DNA of 64,000 nucleotides, from assembly GCF_006345805.1 (NCBI RefSeq), contig NC_043003.1:97588001-97652000 (forward strand), read 5' to 3'. This document shows, piece after piece, positions 1 through 12,607 of this stretch. Source of the DNA: Octopus sinensis (taxonomy: Eukaryota). Every line of letters starts with the position of its first letter. Position 1 is the stretch's first letter. Under the pieces are notes generated by a model. It saw only the letters and a list, made by a program, of their open reading frames with translations, was not told the DNA's origin and did not search any database. Position numbers and translations under genes: made by a program.

Positions 1-435
1 AGCTATTGTGGTTAAGCAACCAATTTTACTTGGAATGTCCAATGGAGAATTCCTAACAACCACAATGTTGAAAGGTGCGTAGGAACAAATGAAGTTGGTG
101 GGAGTGGGCACCAGATCCAGACTGTATGATAGATGGAGGACCACTGATTATCCCAATTTGCCAATTGCCTAATTTATTGCCACAGAGATGTCATAGTGAA
201 TATGAATGGTTTTCAAATTCTTGCTTGGTCTCTTCTTCATAATCCCTTCTCTAAGCTTTTTATGTACTGCTCATTGTTCACAGTAGAACCAATGCCATGT
301 TATAGGAAATCAAGGAAAATGACACCCTTGTCATTCTCCAAAATACTCACCATAACTTTCTGAGGCTTTGAGAAGAGGTGTGATACCATTCCATGAACTG
401 GCACTTCATTTCTGGTTTATAAAGATACGCCCACA
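1..435 (-). pseudogene. Degenerate mariner transposase, C-terminal part
   Basis: Minus-strand peptides KMWAYLYKPEMKCQFMEWYH (mariner DETWVYHYDPETK) and HLSYSLDLVP (HPPYSPDLAP); frameshifts and stops. Confidence 0.8.
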
Positions 436-660
436 TTTTATACCCAGTTACCAAAGAAGAAAAACACACCAGCATCGGTTGTCAAGCGATGTTGGGGGGA
501 CAAACACATACACATATATACGACAGGCTTCTTTCAGTTTCCATCTACCAAATCCACTCACAAGGCTTTGGTCGGCCTGAGGCTATAGTAGAAGACACTT
601 GCCCAAGGTGCCACGCAGTGGGACTGAACCTGGAACCATGTGGTTGGTAAGCAAGCTACT
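436..660 (-). mobile_element. SINE family A (tRNA head, CORE-like body, internal (TA)/(TG) microsatellite), partial
   Basis: Head GTGGCTGTGTGGTAAGTAGCTTGCTTACCAACCACATGGTTCCGGGTTCAGTCCC, body CACCTTGGGCAAGTGTCTTC. Confidence 0.85.
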
Positions 661-1110
661 TGGCCTCAAATGATTGCAATGATCAGAGCAAACATACACC
701 CTTCTCTCTTCAAATTGAATATCATCTGCCGAGGTATCCACTCCAAATACAATTTCAGATGGTTTTCCACCATCTTCTGTAATGTACCGTGACCACAGTT
801 CAGTTATGCAGCAAACTCATAAGTTTTGATTCACCTGTCCATGCAAATAATTTTGTCCACTTGCTGGATATTTGTATCAGTGGTTACAGTTGATAGTTTC
901 CTCAATGCACAGTTTATTTTCATTGGTGGTTTCCCTTGCTATATATTTTTTCATTCATCTGTGCTCATTGCACTAGTCAATGATGTCACCACCATAGAAA
1001 ACCCTGCACTCCTACTTCATCAAGAACTCAATAAGGGCAAACTGATTCCGCTTGAAAGACATTTTTTCACCTGCATTGATGAAGTAAAGGAAGAAAGGTT
1101 ACAATAGAGA
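661..1110 (-). pseudogene. Degenerate mariner transposase, N-terminal part (duplicated at 1904-2350)
   Basis: STVTTDTNIQQVDKII-like HTH region and EWIPRQM (WVPREL motif). Continues the 1-435 piece across a SINE insertion. Confidence 0.75.
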
Positions 1111-1290
1111 AAGAATTACTCCATCAACATGTACAATTTGAACTATCCTTCCATTCTTTCACTTGTTTCAGTCATTTGACTGCGACCATACTGGAGCACT
1201 GCCTTTAGTCGAACAAATTGCCTCCAGGACTTATTCTTCATATGCCTAGTACTTTTTCAATCAGTCTCTTTTGCTGAAATGCTAAATTAG

Positions 1291-1690
1291 GCGCAGGAGT
1301 GGCTGTGTGGTAAGGAGCTAGTTTACCAACCGTATGGTTCCGGGTTCAGTCCCACTGCGTGGCACCTTGGGCAAGTGTCTTCTACTATAGCCTCAGGCCG
1401 ACCAAAGCCTTGTGAGTGGATTTGGTAGACAGAAACTGAAAGAAGCCCGTCGTATATATGTATATATATATATGCGTGTGTGTGTTTGTGTGTCTGTCCC
1501 CCTAGCATTGCTTGACAATGGATGCTGGTGTGTTTATGTCCCCGTTACATAGCAGTTCGGCAAAAGAGACCGATAGAATAAGTACTGGGCTTACAAAGAA
1601 TAAGTCCCGGGGTCGAGTTGCTCGATTAAAGACGGTGCTCCAACATGGCCGCAGTCAAATGACTGAAACAAGTAAAAGAGTAAAAGAGAG
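1291..1690 (+). mobile_element. SINE family A, full length, nested in an opposite-strand copy (1160-1903); duplicated at 2534-2930
   Basis: Complete head and GGTGCTCCAGCATGGCCGCAGTCAAATGACTGAAAC-type tail. Confidence 0.85.
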
Positions 1691-3294
1691 TTATGGGAAT
1701 GTAAACACACCAACATTGGTTGTCAAGCGACGGTGGGGTAACAAATACAGATACAAATATATATATACAAGCTGCTTTCAGTTTCAGCTTACCAAATCCA
1801 CTCACAAGGCTTGGTCGGCCTGAGGCTATAGTAGAAGACACTTGCCCAAGGTGCCACGCAGTGGGACTGAACCTGGAACCATGTGGTTGGTAAGCAAGCT
1901 ACTTGGCCTCAAATGATTGCAATGATCAGAGCAAACATACACCCTTCTCTCTTCAAATTGAATATCATCTGCCGAGGTATCCACTCCAAATACAATTTCA
2001 GATGGTTTTCCACCATCTTCTGTAATGTACCGTGACCACAGTTCAGTTATGCAGCAAACTCATAAGTTTTGATTCACCTGTCCATGCAAATAATTTTGTC
2101 CACTTGCTGGATATTTGTATCAGTGGTTACAGTTGATAGTTTCCTCAATGCACAGTTTATTTTCATTGGTGGTTTCCCTTGCTATATATTTTTTCATTCA
2201 TCTGTGCTCATTGCACTAGTCAATGATGTCACCACCATAGAAAACCCTGCACTCCTACTTCATCAAGAACTCAATAAGGGCAAACTGATTCCGCTTGAAA
2301 GACATTTTTTCACCTGCATTGATGAAGTAAAGGAAGAAAGGTTACAATAGAGAAAGAATTACTCCATCAACATGTACAATTTGAACTATCCTTCCATTCT
2401 TTCACTTGTTTCAGTCATTTGACTGCGACCATACTGGAGCACTGCCTTTAGTCGAACAAATTGCCTCCAGGACTTATTCTTCATATGCCTAGTACTTTTT
2501 CAATCAGTCTCTTTTGCTGAAATGCTAAATTAGGCGCAGGAGTGGCTGTGTGGTAAGGAGCTAGTTTACCAACCGTATGGTTCCGGGTTCAGTCCCACTG
2601 CGTGGCACCTTGGGCAAGTGTCTTCTACTATAGCCTCAGGCCGACCAAAGCCTTGTGAGTGGATTTGGTAGACAGAAACTGAAAGAAGCCCGTCGTATAT
2701 ATGTATATATATATATGCGTGTGTGTGTTTGTGTGTCTGTCCCCCTAGCATTGCTTGACAATGGATGCTGGTGTGTTTATGTCCCCGTTACATAGCAGTT
2801 CGGCAAAAGAGACCGATAGAATAAGTACTGGGCTTACAAAGAATAAGTCCCGGGTCGAGTTGCTCGATTAAAGACGGTGCTCCAACATGGCCGCAGTCAA
2901 ATGACTGAAACAAGTAAAAGAGTAAAAGAGAGTTATGGGAATGTAAACACACCAACATTGGTTGTCAAGCGACGGTGGGGTAACAAATACAGATACAAAT
3001 ATATATATACAAGCTGCTTTCAGTTTCAGCTTACCAAATCCACTCACAAGGCTTTGGTTTGTCTAAGGCTATAGTAGAAGACATTTGCCCAAGGTGCCAT
3101 GCAGTGGGAATGAACCCGGAACCATGTGGTTGGGAAGAAAGCTTCTTACCACACAACAACGCCTTTAAAAATAAAATGTTTTGCCCACATTTATATTGCT
3201 TTCAGCACAGCCGTTATATATGATTAAGAATTGCTAAGTTTTAAAATTTTCTGGAAATAAATTCTCATTCTAAACCTAGCCTAACTGGGCTCTC

Positions 3295-3682
3295 TTTACT
3301 CTTTACTCTTTTACTTGTTTCAGTCATTTGACTGTGGCCATGCTGGAGCACCACCTTTTAGTTGAGCAAATCGACCCCAGGACTTATTCTTTGTAAGCCC
3401 ACTACTTATTCTATCGGTCTCTTTTGCCAAACTGCTAAATTACGGGGACGTAAACACACCAGCATCGGTTGTCAAGCGATGTTGGGGCGACAAACACATA
3501 TATATATATACATATATACGACGGGCTTCTTTCAGTTTCCTTCTACCAAATCCACTCACAAGGCTTTGGTCAGCCTGAGGCTATAGTAGAAGACACTTGC
3601 CCAAGGTGCCACGCAGTGGGATTGAACCCGGAACCATGTGGTTGGTAAGCAAGCTACTTACCACACATCCACTCCTACGCCT
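3295..3682 (-). mobile_element. SINE family A
   Basis: Full-length match to the family. Confidence 0.85.
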
Positions 3683-3839
3683 GGTTAATTTGTAAGGTAA
3701 GTGGAAGTGCCCTAGATCTCTTCACTTTATAGTTTCCTCAGGCATCTATGGCACCACTTACTGGAAATTGATTTCGATAAGCAACTGGTATTTTTTTTCC
3801 AATGGGCATTACATGATACACACACACATGCTGATAATC

Positions 3840-4345
3840 ATCTTCATCATCATCGTTTAACATCTGTTTTCATGCTAGCATGGGTTGGATTGTTCGACTG
3901 GGGTCTGGGAAGCCAGGAGGCTGCACCAGGCTCCAGTCTGATCTGGCAGTGTTTCTTCAGCTGGATGCCCTTCCTAACACTAACCACTCCGTGAGTGTAG
4001 TGGGTGCTTTTTACATGCCACCGGCACAGGTGCCAGGGGAGGCTGGCAATGGCCACGATCAGTTGGTGCTTTTTATGTGCCACCAGCACAGAAGCCAGTC
4101 AAGGCGGCGCAGGCATCGGCCACGTTTGGATGGTGCTTTTTATGTACCACCAGCACAGGTATCACAACTACAATTTCCATTTGATTTTTGATGTTGGTGT
4201 TGATGTACTTGACTCAATAGGTCTCCTCAAGCACAGCAGGTTGCCCTATGATCCAAGGTAAGCACAGCAGGCCATCCTGCAATCTAAGGTACTTTGGATG
4301 GGCTGGGGCTTCTATGTGAAGCTGGTGCAGGAAACAGCCATGTAC
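3840..4345 (-). mobile_element. Family B non-autonomous retroelement with (GAT)n tail; longest 5' extension in the window
   Basis: Core GGTTGGCGTTAGGAAGGGCATCCAGCTGTAGAAAC and end CGTTAAAC(GAT)n; an RTE-type tail is inferred. Confidence 0.75.
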
Positions 4346-5137
4346 ATACATGCACACACACACACACTGATCTGCAACAACCTTCACCAAGTGGTTCCTC
4401 ATTAGATAACATCTATTGTAAGCATGTATGGAATTTTTACACCTGACAATACACTACTCTTCTGCATTAGTGATTTGCATTTTCAAGGTTTTTTGTGCCA
4501 GATATCCATATCTTTTCAAAGACCTCTAACCTGCAATGAATATTGCCAAATATATCTTCAACATCTTTCTCTCTTTCTTTCAACAGTCACCATTTGAACT
4601 AAAAGCTGAACCTCATTGCAGTCACTCAAATCTACTATTTATAGCAGCCATATCCCTCCCAAATCTTGCACTATTGTCTTTAAAAAATGGTGAACACATT
4701 ATGGACAATGTAAGTGGGACACTTTGGATCTCCTCATCTAGGTTAACCTCAGGCTAAGCAATGCAAACCAATCTTTAAAGAGTTAACTGAATCCTCTTCT
4801 TCCACGTGTCATGTTCTTTCTCTCTCACACACACAATCTACCCCTATCATTATTTCTTTACCACCCTATAGGCATTCTTTCTTCCCCACATTTTCATCAG
4901 TGTTTTAATGTGTGGCTTTTAAATTTCTTCTCTCACATAACTTTAAAAATATTTGTTTTGTTAGTGTTGTGTTGTAATTCATTTTTCTTCAAATTTTCTA
5001 TTTTTCTCTCACTTCTTTCCTCTTCGTGAACTCACAACTTTCTCCATTTTTTTGCTTCTCTTGCTCATTTTCTTCCTTTCCTCCCTTCCATTTATTAGTT
5101 TTACAACCTTCCACATGCCTCGATAAGTTTCTTCCCC

Positions 5138-5580
5138 CTATCTATCTATCCGCTCAGTCGAAGTCAACTCTCGGTTACTCGTTGGATCAGCGTCCTCCAG
5201 TCAGTTCTATCCAGGGTCGCTTCTTTCAGATTGGCTATGTCCATTCCGGTATCACTCTTGATGGTGTCAAGCCAGCGGGTTCTTGGTCAGCCTCTTCCTC
5301 TCTTGCCACTGACCATTCCGAGCATGATGTCCTTCTCCAGGGATTTTCTCCACATAATATGACCGAAATATGCCAATCTATGCTTGGTGATCCTAGCTTC
5401 TAGCGACATTTTCGGCCTGATCTGCTTAAGAACTTCTCCATTGGTGAGCCTCGCTGTCCATGGAATCCGTAAAAGTCTTCTCCAACACCAAAGCTCGAAT
5501 GCATTAATTCTCTTCTGGTCAGCTTTCTTTAGTGTCCAGGTCTCGCATCCATATGTGGCTATTGGGAAGGCAATTGCATT
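5138..5580 (-). mobile_element. 5'-truncated RTE-clade LINE (ORF2 C-terminus plus (ATAG)n tail)
   Basis: Translates FPIATYGCETWTLKKADQKRINAFELWCWRRLLRIPWTAR...YFGHIM...GRG*PRTRWLD, typical of RTE/BovB-like ORF2; two TGA stops. Confidence 0.9.
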
Positions 5581-6186
5581 CCCCCCACAGAACCAAAAAA
5601 AAAAAAATTATTTTTGTACCATTGTTGTATTGTAATCATTCTTTCTCCAATTTTTATTTCCCACCCTCACTTCACTTCTTTCCCTGAATGCCTGACTTAT
5701 CTTCCGCTTTCGCTCCTTTGTTTATGCCTTCCTTCCATACAACGGCATCTCGCACTCATACTCTTCCATCACACCTTCAAGCTTCCTTTTACTTCAAACT
5801 TGTGCCTACTTCTCTCTTCTATGCTTTCTTCAAGAACACCAACACTTCATATTCATACTAACCCATACCACTACACTTCTGCACTTGCGTACCTTGCCAA
5901 AAATCACACGTTATTTACCTCCTTAAGCCCATCTCAAAACACATACATTCCAACACTTGCATACACATACATCCAACATTAATTTCCCTGCCACAGAATT
6001 TACTTTCACATCTGGCTCCCCACCCTTCATCCATTTCAGTTTTCCTCATTTATTTCTCAGCCACTTTTTCTTTTTCAGACTCAATCTTTTCTTTTGATGT
6101 AGGACTAATGTCCAAAACATTAATATTCCTTCTTTTCGTTTTTTAAGCATTAAATTAATACAATAATTAACACTTGTTCCTCATGT

Positions 6187-6578
6187 ATTACTCTTTACTC
6201 TTTTACGTGTTTCAGTCATTTGACTGTGGCCATGCTGGAGCACCATCTTTTAGTCGATCAAATCGACCCCTGGACTTATTCTTTGTTAGCTTAGTACTTA
6301 TTCTATCGGTCTCTTTTGCTGAACCGCTAAGTGACGGGGACGTAAACACACCAGCATCGGTTGTCAAGCAATGTTGGGGGGACCAAACACAGACACACAT
6401 ACATATATATACATATATACGACGGGCTTCTTTCAGTTTCTGTCTACCAAATCCACTCACAAGGCTTTGATCGGCCTGAGGCTATAGTAGAAGACACTTG
6501 CCCAAGGTGCCATGCAGTGGGACTGAACTTGGAACCATGTGGTTGGTAAGCAAGCTACTTACCACACAGTCACTCCTT
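6187..6578 (-). mobile_element. SINE family A
   Basis: Full-length match. Confidence 0.85.
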
Positions 6579-6707
6579 CACCTAGTTTTCTTTTTTTTTT
6601 TTCAGTTTTTGTTAATTTCATTTCCACTATAACTATAATGCTTATTTTACAAATATAATTATATTTCCAATATAATTATAATGCCTACAATATTATATAT
6701 ATATATA

Positions 6708-6923
6708 TTTGTAGTTAATCCAAACATGAACACAAAGAGAAAACACAACAACGCGAGGACGTGGAACAAGTATAGTATTATTGGATGCTCAGGAAAGAAG
6801 GAGGGTTTAATGTTTCGAGCGGAGCTCTTCGTGAGAAACATAGGAAAAGGAAAGATCCAGAGAAGGGAAGATGGAGGAAAATAATCGCCAACGGTACGCA
6901 CACGGTCACATTTTGAATGACCA
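6708..6923 (-). mobile_element. Short Penelope-like (pseudo-LTR) element inserted in (TA)n and carrying a hammerhead-like motif
   Basis: Flanked by TA repeats; has a pyrimidine-rich body and a type I hammerhead fold at 6805-6839. Confidence 0.55.
6805..6839 (-). ncRNA. Minimal type I hammerhead ribozyme motif, degenerate copy
   Basis: GTTT-CT(C)ACGA-A-GAGC-TCC-GCTC-GAAAC-(A)TT-AAAC: stem I GTTT/AAAC, stem II GAGC/GCTC, with two core deviations. Confidence 0.55.
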
Positions 6924-6936
6924 TATATATATATAT

Positions 6937-7353
6937 AGGCCGATGCCAGCGCCGCCCTGACTGGCTTCTGTGCCGGTGGCACATAAAACGCACCATCTGA
7001 ACGTGGCCGATGCCAGCGCTGCTCCGACAGGCTTCTGTGCCAGTGGCACATAAAAAGCACCATCTGAACGTTGCCAGTGCCGCCTTGGCTGGCTTCCAGC
7101 CGCTGGCACGTTAAAAGCACCAACCGATCATGGCCGATGCCGGACCCCCCCTGGCACCTATGCAGGTGGCACGTAAAAAGCACCCACTACACTCGCGGAG
7201 TGGTTGGCGTTAGGAAGGGCATCCAGCCGTAGAAACTCTGCCAGATCAGACAGGAGCCTGGAGCAGCCCCTGGCTTCCCAGACCCCGGTCGAACCGTTCA
7301 ACCCGTGCTAGCGCAGAAAACGGACGTTAAACGATGATGATGATGATGATGAT
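6937..7353 (+). mobile_element. Family B element with several internal ~60-bp repeats
   Basis: Repeated GTGCCGGTGGCAC.TAAAAAGCACC units and a (GAT)n tail. Confidence 0.8.
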
Positions 7354-7911
7354 ATACTTTTATACTTGTTTCAATCATTTGACTGCAGCCATATATTTTC
7401 TTTTGTGCATTTCAGCCTCAAGGCTGTGGCCATGCTGTAGTACATACACTATGTGTGTTTCAATGTTAGAATAAGAACAATGTGTCACTGCCTGTTGTAA
7501 GAGGTGAATAAAAGGGTTTATGACAAAAAGGGCATCCCAACAACTAAACACTGTCTCAGAAAATCTGTCCAGCCTGTGATGAAGATGATAAAGGTATTTA
7601 TATCAGAACAAAGTGAACAAAAACTGTACATCTGAACAAAAATCTCCTGCAGCATTTGCATCAATTGTTTTACCCCTAATGCCAACCTCCACGTGTTTTG
7701 TATCGTAAGACACTGGAGAGTAGCAAATGTACTGCTATCCATGTAAACTAAAACCCTTGAAATGGGACCCCAACATGACCATAGTCCAATGACTGAAACC
7801 AAAAAAAAAATAAATAAATAAAAGAACAAAATAGCATCAAGTAGTTCTTAAGCATTAATAGCCTTCTTTGCAAGTGTAACATAGAAATAAACACTATGTG
7901 AGAGCCTTTAA

Positions 7912-8132
7912 CCCTTTATTGTTCACATTATTCTGCCATAATTATAGCTTTTTCGTCCTCATTGTTTTGAACTAATCATGCATTATCTTGGAGCTTTGAG
8001 ATTTTGATGAGGTAGCTGTTAATTTTTAAGATGATATTGTAGGGTTGGTGCGAGAGGCCAGATCTGGCCAGTTTGAACATAAAACAGGCAGAATACTTTT
8101 GGCTGGATATGGCCGGTTTAAATGCTAAAGGG
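7912..8132. mobile_element. piggyBac-like MITE, family 1
   Basis: TTAA|CCCTTT ... AAAGGG|TTAA. Confidence 0.75.
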
Positions 8133-8409
8133 TTAATGAAGAAAGAGAAAAAGCATTAAGCCTACAAAAAGGCTAGGTTTTAAGTTCCTAATTTTTCTCA
8201 TCTAATTAATTTGAAGGCCAATAAGATAGTGAATATACTCAACGACTAAGTTTAGCAGGAGGGCATGTGTTCAAACCTTGGATCAGTAAATTTTATATAT
8301 TTTAAGGAGAATGAGAAGACAGCATCACAAGAATAAATAATGTAACATGGACAATGAAATGACATGAGAAAAATCTAGCCCATCCTTCTGAAAGTAATAC
8401 AGAGTGTTA

Positions 8410-8799
8410 CTCTCTCTCTTTTACTTGTTTCAGTCATTTGACTGCAGCCATGCTGGAGCACCGCCTTTAGTCGAGCAAATCAACCCCGGGACTTATTCTT
8501 TGTAAGCCCAGTACTTATTCTATCGGTCTCTTTTGCCGAACCGCTAAGTGACGGGGACGTAAACACACCAGCATCGGTTGTCAAGCAATGCTAGGGGGAC
8601 AAACACAGACACACAAACACACACATATATATATATATATACGACAGGCTTCTTTCAGTTTCCATCTACCAAATCCACTCACAAGGCATTGGTCGGCCCG
8701 GGGCTATAGCAGAAGACACTTGCCCAAGATGCCATGCAGTGGGAATGAACCCGGAACCATGTCGTTGGTTAGCAAGCTACTTACCACACAGCCACTCCT
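8410..8799 (-). mobile_element. SINE family A
   Basis: Full-length match. Confidence 0.85.
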
Positions 8800-10235
8800 G
8801 TTATTTAACATTCCAAGAGAGTTCACTAAACATGAACAATACCTGAAGTGAAACACACAAAGACTAGTTTAAGTGGGACAGACAATACTCTTCAACCATT
8901 CGGTGACTATGCTCTATTTACAGAAAACAGGGAACTTTGTTTAATGAATATAAATTATGGATGCACAAATTATGGATGCACAGGCAGGCTGAACGAAATG
9001 GTAGATTTCATACATAGTAGATGTACAGGTGTAGTTAGCAATAAGAGCACTCATGAAACAAATGCTTTCAAATGCACAGAAGGCTCCATAGAAGTAGCTA
9101 ATAGTTTTCAGTCACCTAATTAGAAGTGGAGACAGGTGTTCTGAAAGTATAGTAGCTAGGGTAAGGAAAGGGTGGGGAAATGTTCAAGGATCTGTTACCT
9201 TTGCTAATAACAGAGGGGTTGCCTCTTGAGACTGTGGGTCAATGTGATGTTACATGTTAGTGAAACAAGAGCGTTGAATACACAGAATGTCTGAATGGTA
9301 GAAAGAAATGAAGCAAGTATGCTCTGCTGGTTGTGTAATATAAGCTTTTCTTCCTTTTTCTTGCTCCCCCTCTCTCACATTTCTTGGACCTCTCTTTCTT
9401 TAACTCCCACTATTTCCCACTCATTTATCTCCCCTGTACCTTTCTCTTTGTCTGACTTTTTTTTCTAATCCTTCAATCCCGCTGCCCCCTACCCATCTCT
9501 CCTCCTTCCACATGACCGGTGTCCGGCCAGCCATGATCTTTCTTTCTTGGCCTGACTGCCGACCGCCAACACCTCTTATGTCCATCTCCTATGTTCTTGC
9601 TTTTAGGCTTTCACTCCATACACACCAGCTCAATTTGATTCGTTCTCAGTCGAAAGACACCTGTTGTTATTTCTTGCTGTTTGTATTCGTAATTGTGTAC
9701 CATGTTCTCCGTTTGTTTGATTGTTTTTTGTCTTTGTTGCCGTATGAATGACAAAGCACAAACAAGCTTTGAAGGGCAGCAAAGGATCTCAACAAATGTC
9801 AAAATGCTTTGCTAAAATAGTCATGTAACAATGGATAAGTGAAAGAAAATGTTATGATAGTATGCGTGTTTGTGTGAAAGTAAGAGAGCACTGTGGCCAA
9901 AGGTGAAATACTGAGATGTGTCCAGTGTGAGAAAAACAAGCATAAAATCAATCTGTATACAATTTGTATACAGATTGTTAATTCGAACACTTGATGTGTA
10001 TATATGCACCAGTGTATGCATGTATTCATATAAATGTACACATATATGTGCATGTTTATATACTTACATAAACATATGAGCATATGTGTGCGGGTAAGCG
10101 TATATGTGTTTGGTGACACACACTGGGACGTATAAATGGCGAAGTTATGAGTATATCTAAATATGAATGTGTATCTAAATATGAATGCGTATATAAATAT
10201 GAATAGTATATCTAAATATGAATATATCTAAATAT

Positions 10236-10464
10236 GGCGGCGAGCTGACAGAACCGTTAGCATGCCGGGTGAAATGCGTAGCCGTATTTCGTCTGCCGCT
10301 ACGTTCTGAGTTCAAATTCCGCCGAGGTCGACTTTGCCTTTCATCCTTTCGGGGTCGATAAATTAAGTACTAGTTACGCACTGGGGTCGATATAATCGAC
10401 TTAATCCCTTTGTCTGTCCTTGTTTGTCCCCTCTGTGTTTAGCCCCTTGTGGGTAATAAAGAAA
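10236..10464 (+). mobile_element. SINE family C (tRNA head, Meta-SINE-like domain)
   Basis: GGCGGCGAGCTGGCAGAA head; GTCGACTTTGCCTTTCATCCTTTCGGGGTCGATAAATTAAGTACC resembles the Meta/Sauria SINE central domain. Confidence 0.8.
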
Positions 10465-12607
10465 CATATATCTAAATATGAATATTATACTAAAAGTGTC
10501 TGTGGTTTTATTTGTTTTCTTTTGGGTGTGACTAAGTTTCTTTTCTATTCCACCCCAAATAGCTTGTCATCATTTCATTTCTTTATTCCTACTTCAACAC
10601 ACAAATGAACCGTATTAAAAAGCGCAAGAGATTTCTTTTCTTGAAGCAAAAATGGATTTGATACATTGTTACTGAGCATAATAATATCTATGATTTGTAA
10701 TTTTAGAAACCGCAATACTCAATAAGAGCAATAATAATTGGATTTCTTCTAACCAGGACATGAGTAAGTATGGGTGGAGTGGTAATTGTAGTCAGTCAGG
10801 ACTAGATTATAGATAGATAGGTGAAGCAATAATGCAGATTTCCCAAGAGGGAGTGAGTACGCATTATAATCAATCATGTTGAGAGGGAGGGCAGGTGCAG
10901 AGAGGCATTGACAAAGTGTGAATGGAGGGTAGCATTAGAGCAACAATGACAACATGCAAGTTTATTATTGACATTCAAGTGTATTATTACTGTGACTGAC
11001 TATGTGTACATTTATATGAATACTGGGACAAACAACATGACTAGTCAAATTTACAAAATTAGATGAATGAGAGCATGTAAAGAAATAGAAAGGCAGATAA
11101 ACAAATTGATAGCTGGGAGAACCAGAAGTTGTATTGACATGAAATTCTGTATATCAATAAATGTGGTGGAAAATATAGGAAGGAATTGAATTCGAAAGGC
11201 TATAGTTCTAGGGCAGAAAAATTAAGCAGAGAGTGGATGGAAGACAAACATCAACCCATAGTGTTAATATTTGAACATCAGAAATATAAGGTGTGGTGGA
11301 ATTAGATTATATAAATCAAGTGCCCCACCATCTAAATGTGATATACTTATCATCATCATCATCATCATCCTTTAACGTTCGCTTTCCATGCTAGCATGGG
11401 TTGGACGATTTGACTGAGGACTGGCAAACCAGATGGCTGTGCCAGGCTCCAATCTGATCTGGCAGTTTCCACAGCTGGATGCCCTTCCTAACGCCAACCA
11501 CTCCGAGAGTGTAGTGGGTGCTTTTACATGCCGCCTGCACGAGGGCCAGTCTGGTGGTACTGGCTACGACCACGCTCGAAATGTTTTTATATTTATTTTC
11601 TAAAAGAGAGTGACATAGATGAATCAGATCCTCAACTGCTATTTAGCCCCAGGTCAATTCTCATTGAGCAGTTCTATGATCACAAGCATTCAAGCAGTGA
11701 ATATCCTGTTTTTTTATAAGACTGTAGGATATGATTTGAGGGAGAATTGGTTGTTATTTCTATCAAGTTCAGTGACCAAATACAGGCTCACTTAGTGACA
11801 TATAAAACAAGCCACTGTTTATAGCAAATGAATATTAGTTGAGACAAAAACCAAACCAGCATGACTGTTTTGTAAAAAACGTTCAGTTTGCAAAGGTTTC
11901 ACATTCAATCCCAAAGCATATCTTGAAAAAGTACCTGTCAGTCTCTGAAGTGAAATTGTATGGAAGCCTATCAGGACTTTCTGCCCTGAATGGTAGACTT
12001 AAACTGCCTTCTATATTAATACCACCATCTGGCACAATTGTACAGTCTACTCCATTGGAAGCATTCAAGTAAGGTCTCTACTCAGAGGATAACCTCCTCT
12101 CTTACTTCTCCGAGTCTCAGAAACCCTGGAAAAAGAGATAAATGCTATCTTTTCTCTTTTAATCCTTTAGGATTTGAACCAGTCATATCTGATCCCAATG
12201 TCCTACCTGCTTTGTGTTCAGACTTGTTATATCTGACCTCTCACACCTATCCTACAATGTCAGTTGCTTTAAACATTTAAACTGGGCTGTATCCAGCCAA
12301 AATATTCTATTTGTTTTATGTTCAAGCTAGCTAGATCCAACCTCTCACACCTACTTGGCAATGTTATTCTAAAACCAAGCAATTACATCATTGAAATCTC
12401 ACAGCTACAATGTAATGCATGATTCAATTCAAAATGATGTGAAGAAATAAGTATTACATTTGACAGTAATGTGAAAGCTGAAGGGTTAACTATGCCGTTA
12501 AAAATCCTTATAAGATAACACTTTATTAACAGAAAGGCATCAGTCATGACTTATTCAGGGATGGAGTAATGTCCATCCCATGACTTTTGCAAGCTCTTAG
12601 AAAAGAG

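Larger units (their letters stand above)
547..3056. repeat. Near-identical direct tandem duplication, period 1243 bp
   Basis: Position 661 matches 1904 and ORF 826 matches ORF 2069. The copies differ only at homopolymer indels in the parts I compared. Confidence 0.95.

Noticed and set aside
826-1107. 93-aa plus-strand ORF (and its duplicate at 2069-2350)
   Set aside because: It is the antisense shadow of the degenerate mariner transposase.
11883-12125. Exon-like minus-strand ORF (NASNGVDCTIVPDGG...) with a nearby acceptor
   Set aside because: All three frames from the strong acceptor hit stops, and I recognise no homology.
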